From Tubiluchus corallicola (Eukaryota; Animalia; Priapulida): a stretch of DNA of 64,000 nucleotides. Below are positions 13,585 through 23,900 of this stretch, in pieces. A program made the position numbers and the translations under genes. Where the stretch lies: positions 62,001-126,000 of the forward strand of contig JAQGDQ010000203.1 of NCBI GenBank assembly GCA_030141605.1. The letters run 5' to 3'. A model generated the notes under the pieces. That model was not told the origin of the DNA. It did not search any database and saw nothing but the letters and a program-made list of their open reading frames with translations. Within the stretch, counting starts at the first letter, position 1; each line of letters starts with the position of its first letter.

Positions 13585-14328
13585 ATGCGGAGAAGAGGTG
13601 CTGGTGTTGGAGCCATTAACAAGTCTAAACTTGCCCAGGCAAGATATCGTGATAAAGGGTATGAGCTAGCTGCAGACGAATTGGAGCAAATGTCACAGCA
13701 ATTAGAAGCTTTCAGAAATAACCTTGAGGAGTTTGCAACCAAGTATAAAAATGACATTCGCAAAAATTCTCAATTCCGCCAGCAGTTTCAGGAAATGTGT
13801 GCCTCCATCGGTGTCGATCCCCTTGCGTCAAACAAAGGTTTTTGGTCCGAGGCACTGGGAGTTGGCGATTTCTACTATGAACTGGCTGTACAGATCGTTG
13901 AGGTTTGTTTAGCGTCAAGGCATAGAGATGGCGGCTTGATGAAGATGGATGAACTGCAGAGACGACTTGTAATATCTAGGGGTAAATCACGCCAAGCTCA
14001 GGACCTATCATTGGATGATGTACTACGAGCTGTTCGTAAACTAAAGATTCTTGGTAGTGGCTTCGCTATTATTCCAGTTGGTGCGGGATATCTTGTTCAG
14101 TCAATTCCTGGTGAATTAAATATGGACCATACTCTTGTGTTACAGGAGGCACAGGAGACAGGTTATGTTACTGAATCATTGCTACAGCAAAAATTAAGAT
14201 GGGAAAAAGAGCGTGCAAAAAGAGCTGTCGAACATATGGTAAAAGAGGGTCTCATCTGGGTGGATGATCAAGCTGCAGGAGAACGATACTATTGGTTTCC
14301 TGGTCTTTTTTCTGAAACGACGTACTGA
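13585..14328 (+). CDS. SNF8: ESCRT-II subunit SNF8/VPS22/EAP30, coding region intronless (247 aa)
   Basis: MRRRGAGVGAI..., FRQQFQEMCASIGVDPLAS, FWSEALGVGDFYYELAVQIVEVC, VQSIPGELNMDH, EGLIWVDDQ, YWFPGLF; full length for the family; acceptor ctttaag| at 13576-13577. Confidence 0.97.
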   Translation: MRRRGAGVGAINKSKLAQARYRDKGYELAADELEQMSQQLEAFRNNLEEFATKYKNDIRKNSQFRQQFQEMCASIGVDPLASNKGFWSEALGVGDFYYELAVQIVEVCLASRHRDGGLMKMDELQRRLVISRGKSRQAQDLSLDDVLRAVRKLKILGSGFAIIPVGAGYLVQSIPGELNMDHTLVLQEAQETGYVTESLLQQKLRWEKERAKRAVEHMVKEGLIWVDDQAAGERYYWFPGLFSETTY

Positions 14329-15267
14329 TGGCTGTACCGCAACATGTGACCTGGAACAAACAAATTTTAATAAGTTGATGGACAGTGGCGCTAACTAGCA
14401 TGACCTAGCATTACTCAATTTCAATGGTCTCAGCTTTGATTTCATTATTATTCTGTTCCTGAGCAACTGAAATGTATACGTCCCTCTCCATATTGTAATG
14501 CCGGATTTCCATAACATTAGATGTAGTATAGGCCTGTATTGTCAACCTTGTCCATCACCAACAGCCAACTTATTTGTTTGGTCAAGGGCACTTTTCTCAT
14601 TATAAATTAACTTTGCTATAGAATAATAAATTTACTGTGACAAGAAGAATTTTAAAGATTTGACTCTTGTAACTGGATTTTACTGGTTCACAGTGAATGA
14701 GTGTAGGAAATAAGTCTCTTGTAAATTGTAGATTTTGTAGCTGTATATTGAAGACAAGCTGGTAATTACTTTTACTGAGACACATTTCATAGTCAATTTA
14801 AAAATAAACAAATCTGCCCGTGTAACAACAGGTTTTGCTTAATTAGATATTAGTTTCACTGTCTTACTCGAGCATTGAGCGGCACTGTCACATGTCAGGT
14901 TTAAGGTCTTTGTGCTCACGATACTGCTCTGTTTAGGGTTTGATAGATCCCCGTTTAAGGCAGATGTTGTCAGGCACAACATTAATTAAAATCTGCATCT
15001 GCATTAATTCACAAAAACAGGGTTACCAAGATTATAGACTGTAGCTTGTTTTTATTCTTTTAAAAATTGATTTAAAATGTGTGATTTTTTAATGTTACTT
15101 GTTGCATAATGTCTGTTATAATAGTGTGCTACTAATGTTATCTGCTGGTACGTGTAGTTGTTTTTGCTAAAATGTAAAAAATCCCATTGAAATGATTGCT
15201 TTCTCATTAATTGTATTACAATTCAATGGTCAATGTTACGAATTTTCAATTTAGTATTCAATTTCAG

Positions 15268-15289
15268 ACTTGCAAGCTTAATAAATTAT
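15268..15289 (+). other. Candidate 22-nt non-coding micro-exon between SNF8 and UPF3
   Basis: caatttcag|acttgcaagcttaataaattat|gtaagt: consensus acceptor and donor 22 nt apart. Confidence 0.4.
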
Positions 15290-16114
15290 GTAAGTTTAGC
15301 AGCTTCTCGTGTTACTTGCTAGTACAAAGAGTTATCATGACAAATTACTATGGTATCAATGCTATTTACGATATTCAGTCAAAAGAATAAATTTTGTTGC
15401 ATTTGTATAAGAATCCCTTTACTGTGTCCAAGTACATGTAAGCTTGATTTCACTCGCCTTAATTGTCTGCACTTTTTTCATTATTAAAACACTAACTATA
15501 ATTATGTAATCGCATTTTTTGAGAAAATCCAATGATTACATGTAACAGATTATCAATGTGAAGATACTTAGTAAATTCCAGCATAGATGTAATTAATTAT
15601 TGTATCATTTATTGCATTTCTCTATCACTATGAGAAAGAATGAAGAGCATAAAACACATTTGAAATGTTTTCTTGCTCCCATAATTACATGGAATAAACA
15701 AGTTAGCAAGCAAAATTCAAGAATGCAAAATACTAGCTGAACCAAAACTTCCTGTAACAGACACTGACAAGAAACTGAAAGAGTGACATTCATGTCATAA
15801 TTAACAATTAAAATTAGTAAGTAATTTTTAAGAACACTAGTTAATAGTTGAATAAGTGCATAATTTGGAATGGTCATTGACGTAGAGCTCAATGTAGTAA
15901 GTTCCTCTAACTAATAAATAATGTAAAACTAGAACATTAAGTTTTAAGAAGGCTAGGTGAGTTAGAGGCAGCGGTGCGTGATGTTTCGAATAACTAGACC
16001 CATTATTTTGAGCAGCAACTATTGTACTGCAAGCTGTGTAAGTACCACTGCAACTAGATATTATATCATGTGTAGTTTTGAGCAATAATTTTTTTTGTTT
16101 AGATATGAGCCACA

Positions 16115-17707
16115 ATGACACAAGGGCAAAATGAAACACCAATGACAAGGCTAAAGAACAAAGAAAAAGACGCTACTATGACTAAAGTAGTGATACGACG
16201 CCTGCCACCTTCATTAACAGCTGAACAGTTTCTCGAGCAAATATCTCCTATACCTGAAAACAACTTTCTGTACTTTGTGAAAGGTGATATGAATTTGGGA
16301 CAAAATGCTTTTTCAAGAGCTTACATTAACTTCACTAATGCAGATGACATAATAAACTTCAAGGACAAATTTGACGGTTATGTCTTTATGAATAATAAGG
16401 GTGACGAGTTTCCAGCAGTTGTAGAATTTGCCCCATTCCAAAAAATTCCAAAGCAGAAGCAGAGAAGGAAGGACACTAAAATTGGAACAATTGAGGAAGA
16501 TTCTGATTATAAAAAATTCTTGGAGGAATTGAGTAAACCAGCAGAAGTTGTCATTCCAAGTGTAGATAACTGGCTGGAAGAAATTGAAGCAAAGGAGAAA
16601 CTGCAGAAAGTTGGAGCTGCAAAAGTGACCACACCACTAATTGAGTATATTAAACAGAAAAAGTTGGCTAAGATCAAGCTGCGAGAGGAAAGGAGAGAGG
16701 AACGGCGCCGTAGGGAAATAGAACGGCAAAAGTTACGCGAAAAAGAACGGCGCCGGAAACGTCTTGAGAAAGAGAAAGCTATAGTTGAGAAGGAGCGGCA
16801 GCAGCGATTTGAACAAGAAAATGCTAAACAGCTAAGGAAGTCAGGAACAGTAGAAAAAAGTGGTAAGTCGTTTACGACAAAATCAAACTCGGGGTCAGAA
16901 AAGCGAATGGAACAAAGCAACAGTGGTAGAGAGAGAGAATCATCTAAAAAAGGACAAGGTGACAATACACTTAAAGATAAATCACAAAAAGATGGTAAAA
17001 CCGATTGGCAGGAAAGCGAGGTGCACAACGACAGTGTAAACGATAATGCCAATGAAAACTATAGGAAAACATACAGCGGGAATAGAAGGGATTATAAAAA
17101 CAAGCAAATGGCTGATGGTGATGATCAGAGTTATGAGAAAAGTCGAAAAGAATATGATAAAAGTAGAGGAGACATTGGATATCAGTTTGAGAAAGAAAAG
17201 AAAGATGCTGAGAAGAAAAATACAGAAAAGGGCAGGCTTGAAAAAGAAGAAGGAAGCAAAAAGTTTTATGATGAGCGAGATGGATCTGAGGAAAATAAGC
17301 GAACAAGAGGTGGATTGGGAGACAAAAGATACGATCGAGGAAGAGTGAATGAAGATAGAAAAAAATCAGAGAAAAGTGAAAATATGGATAACAAGCACGA
17401 CACTGGAAAGAGACCAGATGCCTCAAATGTAAAGTTTGACTTGACTGGCAAAGATGAAAAGAAAACTTCTGAAGTGCAAAGTAGTGGTGAAAGTTTTGTC
17501 TCGATGAACAAAAATCCAGTGAAAAAACCGAATGACCAGAAAGGAGAAGTTAGCAGCAATGAACAGCAGCGAGTTAGGAAGCCTAAAAGACCTGACCTGC
17601 CCAGATACCAACCAGGACAGAGATCACGACAGATGGCTACTATGGAAGAAACTGCTCAGAGAACCAACAACAATTCTAGCAATCAAACTGCAACATCAGA
17701 AAATTAA
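16115..17707 (+). CDS. UPF3: Nonsense-mediated decay factor UPF3, coding region intronless (530 aa)
   Basis: Smg4/UPF3 RRM-like domain (TKVVIRRLPPSLT...FSRAYINF...FDGYVF...AVVEFAPFQKIP, GTIEEDSDYKKFLE, TTPLIEYI), charged coiled coil, and C-terminal EJC-binding-like motif RVRKPKRPDLPRYQPG; acceptor ttttgtttag| at 16101-16102. Confidence 0.95.
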   Translation: MTQGQNETPMTRLKNKEKDATMTKVVIRRLPPSLTAEQFLEQISPIPENNFLYFVKGDMNLGQNAFSRAYINFTNADDIINFKDKFDGYVFMNNKGDEFPAVVEFAPFQKIPKQKQRRKDTKIGTIEEDSDYKKFLEELSKPAEVVIPSVDNWLEEIEAKEKLQKVGAAKVTTPLIEYIKQKKLAKIKLREERREERRRREIERQKLREKERRRKRLEKEKAIVEKERQQRFEQENAKQLRKSGTVEKSGKSFTTKSNSGSEKRMEQSNSGRERESSKKGQGDNTLKDKSQKDGKTDWQESEVHNDSVNDNANENYRKTYSGNRRDYKNKQMADGDDQSYEKSRKEYDKSRGDIGYQFEKEKKDAEKKNTEKGRLEKEEGSKKFYDERDGSEENKRTRGGLGDKRYDRGRVNEDRKKSEKSENMDNKHDTGKRPDASNVKFDLTGKDEKKTSEVQSSGESFVSMNKNPVKKPNDQKGEVSSNEQQRVRKPKRPDLPRYQPGQRSRQMATMEETAQRTNNNSSNQTATSEN

Positions 17708-19140
17708 AATGCTGTTCAGTAAGGCCAGTATTATAATTGCACCGTTCAATTTGTGTTATCTTTTCATCTCTTTTGAAGCATGAACAGTCTGAACTTTTTT
17801 TAAATTGTTTTTTGGCAAACAAAGAAATTTGTTTTTATTCAAACAAAAATAATTGATTTTTGTTCATTTACAGGTCAACAAGATGACTACACTTATTTTG
17901 CTGATGCCTTTTCTAACAAATTCTATGGAGTTTGTTTTCACAAATCTTGTATATAGAACTATGAAAATTTGGCATTTTTAGAACTATTTTTTACTTTGAA
18001 ATATACCAAACAATGTATATGCAGTTTATTCATCTCATTTAAATGTTTGTGCCATTTTGCAGAAATCAGTCAAACAAGATTTCGGTGTAAATAATTTATT
18101 TTTGGCCGACAGAAGGAAGTTTCAGTCTTCTTATATGACTGCTGGTAAGATTGCTTTCTCTTGTTTTAGTGACACTGTTGTGTCAAAATTAAAGCGAACA
18201 TAAATAGAAATTTTGACATTACAAGCTGGTAAATTACCATTCAGCCCACAGGTATTAATGTTGACAGGGCCAGAAATTTGATAATTATCAAAGATAATCC
18301 TCCAACATTAGATAGCGCATCAGGGATGAATGCATACTCTGTGAAAAAACAAAACAGAGAATGGCAAATGAGATCATCCAAAAACTGTTTACTAGTGACC
18401 ACACATCCATTTTCTAACTAGCTTTAGTACTGCGTAACTTTCATAACCATGCATTACACCGAGACTTCTCAGTTATAGCGTTCCAATGAAAATGATGGAA
18501 AGTTTACAATAATAAAAAAGTTTTTGTATGAACATCATAATACATTATACAGAAGATCAAAACCAGAAAATAAAAAATTTATTTAATGTGGGTTCTGGTA
18601 GCCAACATACATCACCAATAACATCAGCCATATGGCTATAAATTAGTAAAAATCGCCAACACAATTCGAACACATAAATGTAAAATCAATGAAAACCAAT
18701 ATAGCACTGTTTACAAAAAGAATAATAGAAAATAACAAACAGTAATGAAGAACAAATAAAAATATATACTACTAGCTATAGAGTTTTGTTTCTTGATAAA
18801 CTGCATACTTTGACCCATTTGAAGTTTAGCAAATTTCTTTCATTCTGAGACAATATCTATTACTGTACATGCTTTTTCATCGTACTCCGTTTGGCACATT
18901 GAGAGTTGGTATGGTCGTCTACACTCTAATATGGTGAAACTGTGGCCTAACTAAATATCAAAAATGAGACACTGAACCAGCAGAGGCGTCTCAGTTGGAT
19001 GTAACCTTCCTCAATGGTGAACAGACAAACTGACTAGAAGCAAGTTCTTGACAGTCATTCCATTTATTTACTAAACTGATATTTATATAGGAAATCAAGA
19101 TAACTAGTAGTAGTACTGCGAGATAAGAATAATAGTAAAT

Positions 19141-19332
19141 ATTTATAGTTAAAAGCAACACAACTTTATTAAAACTTTACATTAAAAAGTTAAAATCATG
19201 CCAAACGTTTTGACAGGCTACTACTGTCATCATCAGTGATAAACAAATAGCAGCAGCCTGTCGAAACGTTTGGCATTATATTAACTTTAATGTAAAAGTT
19301 TTAATAAAGTTTTGTTGTTTTTAACCATAAAT
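19141..19332. mobile_element. Long palindrome resembling inverted Penelope-like element termini, with a minimal hammerhead-ribozyme core
   Basis: About 85-bp inverted arms. The minus strand reads CTGATGA-t-gacag-tagtagc-ctgtc-aAAACGTT; the plus arm reads ctgtc-GAAACGTT followed by AATAAA. Confidence 0.6.
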
Positions 19333-20975
19333 GTTTTTAAGTTCCTGTAATAAAAATTGACTTCATAAATATGTTTTGTAAATTGTTTAACAAATGGGAA
19401 AGTACACACCACCAGAAGCATCACACTCACAGATGGATGAATGCACTCCATGTGCTGCGAAAAGTTAATCATGCATTTACTTTAAACTATTTACAAAACA
19501 TTTTGAAAAACAGCAGTATCAGAGGATGCAGTTATGGTTAATAAATTCTCAATTAAAATACGTTATCACAAAATTTAAGCAAGCTCATTTTTCTTGAATT
19601 GCCTCAGAAACTCAAAGTAACTGTTTTTCAAATATTATAAACTTAATTTCGTGGTCGCGATGGGATGAGAAGCTCCAGACAGGACTGAATGTTCGGGAAT
19701 GGATTCAAGATTTGAAGGCGGTTTATAGGGTTGGAATTAGAACTACCCAAGCCCTAACACCTCTAGACTAGACCTTTACCTTGTGAAGATAAGTTATGCA
19801 TATGTAGTAGCTCCATGCAAGATGAGCAATATGTTGTAACACTTTGCGAATTGACTATTTGCGAGAAGCTCAATTTAAAATTTCACTAATATTGAAGAAC
19901 TTTTCTTTATTAAACCACTACTTTTTGGCAAATTTAAATACAGATGTTTTAGGTCTGCAGTCCAGTTTGAAATGTTTACATTAATTATTTCTTGGAATGA
20001 TAGTTTTGTCATTTGCTTTGTTATTGAAATTGTACCGAGAAATTTTCTTGGTCAGTTTTTTGACACTAAACTTACTACTTCTACTAACAGCTGCTTTAAT
20101 TTGAGCTAAACATGAAAGTTCAGATTAGGAGTCTGCAAGAAAGATGTGTTAACAGACACCAGTTAGGTTAACACTTAAACACGTGCTAATTCCAACCTTA
20201 TTCATTGTGACTACTCAGCTGTGTGAATCACGGTTAACATTTGTTAAGTGTGAATAACCATTAACAAACATATTAACATGCAATTTTCTTACACAAAGCC
20301 AAGTAATTAATGCAACAAACAGCTGACTTAGCCATGGTAACCTAAAATTAATAAACCGACCTATATATGAGACTATTAAGACATAAACATAGGATTAGCC
20401 CTTTTAAGCCATTGTTACTAAAAACTAAAGTACCTGAAGACTTTACCTTTGATTTAATTGTAGCACTTTAGTATTGATTATTAACTACAAGACATCCACC
20501 CTTTTCACTTAAATGTTCTTTCTTGCTGACAATTCTGTCAATTTTATACACTTCCTTCAATCACTTGTAGCATGAAACCAAATGTCTAAAAATACCATTA
20601 AACAGTCTAAACAAAATACCCCCTATAAAATACAATAGAGTACATATAAAGTATAGAATTATAATCAATAACATAATTGTATAAAAATCTTTCATCTGTT
20701 TGTATTAATAACTCAGAAAAAGTTAAGAACAGTTGAGTGGTTTACTGCTCAGCATCTGAATCAGAGAAATACCCTGCCTTTAACAGACAGTATATTACTA
20801 GGTTTGTTATAAATGACGTTGTCATGGAAACTGTAACAAACAGTAGGTAATTTTCTGGAAATAGTAGGGTGCGCCAGATAGGCAGTCTTACATCTTTGTC
20901 ACCAGGTGGTGTATTTACCGTGAAACTGTTTTCAATTTTAATGCTACTCCAAGGTGTTCTAGATTTCACTGATTG

Positions 20976-23900
20976 TCATAAGCCAACTGAATTTTCCAAA
21001 ATATCCCAGTAATGACTTTCCAAGGGGATGAAAAATCGCCTTTCTAGTGGCACTTCATCACACTGTAGAAAAGAAATAAATTTGAACTTAGGAGAAAAAT
21101 GGATAAAAGTAAAAGCAAAAATATAATTTCGTATTCCTGAATTACCCATAAGCAAGCATCATAACAATTATTTAGAATCGTTAAGAACAAAATGCCCTTA
21201 AGAACTAAGATTTTACAGATCACCGTGATAAACAAGTTTTCTCAGTTCACGAGGCCATTGGAAGTATCTTAATTCTTGATATCACAATTTTCAGTTGCAT
21301 TGCAAGACAGATGCAAAAATATGCCTCTGTGCAATTGAAGACGTTTCACTGAGTATTGAAAATTTTCTAAAAATAAAATTTATTTGGCAACCTTTTCAAA
21401 AAACATACAAAATTGAATAAAATGGTTGTATAATTTTTGGCCTGCATTTTTCTGAGATTTTATCGTGGATTCTTCTACCAAAAGTAATGGCGAGGCCTGG
21501 AATTAGAAGAAGAGAAGCCTTAGCCTCTCCTACTCATGAGATCCCAACCATCCCCATCACTACAAAAAAACCGAAGAGTATTTTAAACAAAATATAGTGA
21601 AGCCAAAAGTGATGACTGTTGTTTAATATTCACAGTTCCTTCTCTAAAAGACGTAAGGCCTTTTAAATAATGTAATGAATAAAAATACATACATACTAAA
21701 AGAAAAAACTGAACCATTTTTTCAATAAAGGAATCTTTTAACATTTTATAGAATAAGTACCAATTTTTGGAAAATTTAAATTGTAAATTTGCTGTTAACT
21801 TTAAACTTTATTGCTTATTTACTAACAAACTGGTCAGGATTATCTGACAGTGACAGTATGACTACTTTACATTGTCATTAAATCTCAAAAATCTGTCTCT
21901 CAAAAATAATAAAAATTTCTCGCTTAATACACAATCTTCAACTGATACATATCTGCTAATTAAAGTTTACTCAGACTCAGTATATAACACTTTAGGGTGA
22001 TACTTACTGACAACCTGAAGTATTCCACATTTTCATGCCAATAAATTTAATTTCAGTGTAATTAATGGAAGGGAACAAGCTGGTTGGCTGATTATGATTC
22101 AATGGCTGAGGTGATTTGGTTCCACACAGAAATAAAAAAGATGGCCATAATTGGAGGCATATTAAAAAATTCCAAACTTTGGCACCGACTCTTTTAGGTA
22201 ATTGTCTAGGGTACTACAGTACCAAGTTTTAATTTCTCTACCTTGGTGATTTTTGAGAAAGAAGCCAGCAAAGCAACAATTTTAGAAGTTTTGGCTATCG
22301 CTAGACACACAGTGGTCACCATGACAACCAAATGTTTTGCTGCCCAACTAGAGCAACCCCACCTGCTTTTGTTTGGAATCAGATCAGCAATTTCCGAAAA
22401 GTAACATATACAGATAGTTAGGCAGAATAAATCACAGATATTCCTAAATCACAGACATGTAATGAAAATTCCCGGAGGCTTGTTTAAAGTTGGCAGCAGG
22501 TGTAGGAATGACTCATGGCAGTGAATATTATACACCTTAGCCAGAGGACCATCTAAATTTTGAGGCCCTTGGCTTCATTGTATATAGCCTATATTGGCAT
22601 AACAATACTTTATGGGCCTCCGCAAAAAATAATCCATTGGACGCTACAGGCTCCTTATCAGTCAAAGGTAAAATTTCACGACTTGTTCATGCATTTACAA
22701 ATACCTTCATACATTTGTGCTGATTGACACATATACACAATTTATTCCAAGGTAGATTTACCTACTATAAAATGTTAATATTTACAAGTTTTTTACGTTG
22801 AACGTTTTAAAGCTATCATTTGCACAAGGTTATTAGGATGAGATCACATAATGCACTAAAAGAATTATATACAGTTTTAACATCAGTAAAGTTACTTACG
22901 TTGTTTTCTGAATTATTCACAATTTTGGCATCAGTAACTCCATCTATCACTGTTAATACCTCCTCTTTTGAATATTGACTTTTCATTTCGCCTTGCCAGG
23001 GCATCTTGCGAAATTCTCGTTGTACGGGGAACAAATGTCCTTCTGTCGTAAAGATGTAGTTAAGCGCATGCTTATTCACATGATTGTCCACATCAAACAA
23101 CTAAAACAAAAAATTAAAATTAAAGAATAGCTTTAGTTTCCTTTATTTCACTTCTCACTAAGTAAAAACGCTGATACAAATGCATGAAATGAAGGACAAT
23201 AGAGGCATAGAGGTCGATGGAGCCAATTTGCAATTTCTCAGCTCATTTAAAATTACGAGATCGAGAATCAACCACCAAACAACTGAAAAATTAGGTTGAA
23301 TTTTGGTTCAATTACAATTACATGTGTGTCAGTGCCCTCAATACCCAGCACAAAGTTATTCAATTAGCCTATAAAAGTCCTCATAAATCTTTGATTCTTC
23401 TTGATGTAGAAATGAAATCAAATTAGTAAAAAAACTTCCAATAAAATAACATATAAGTGCAATATGTACCAGATATAAGTATTTACAAGTTTCACTCAGA
23501 AAAAAACTTTCCATACGATCTTCCAAAGACATATCATCAACATCATGTATGGTTGCATATCCACACCTGAAAATCAGAAAAACGTTATTTCATCTTCAAG
23601 GGATGACGAATGCCGTTATACAGGGTGTTTCAAAAGGTCAAAATACGTTATGATTTCTAATTTTCTTTTTTACATTTTTGTACAATCCCAGCAAACTCTT
23701 ACATGAATCAAAAGAGGCTTTGGCAATTCCTTTTATTTATTTTTTGACTGGAATACCATTGCTATGGCAATAACAGTAATGTTAGAAATGTGGTGCAAAT
23801 TTTCTGCCTGCCAAAAGGACTAAATTCCACAACATTCTTTCACAATTAATAATGTAGTTTTCCAGTGCCACTTTGCCTCACCACTGATGGACTGGAAGTG

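Noticed and set aside
16507-17611. Antisense and alternative-frame ORFs over UPF3 (also over SNF8 and LINE ORF1)
   Set aside because: Shadow frames of biased coding sequence, with no motifs.
22816-22899. EDEM1 ending at the ORF stop at 22816
   Set aside because: A donor at 22899 splices in frame to exon 21062-20976, which encodes the conserved EDEM1 tail.
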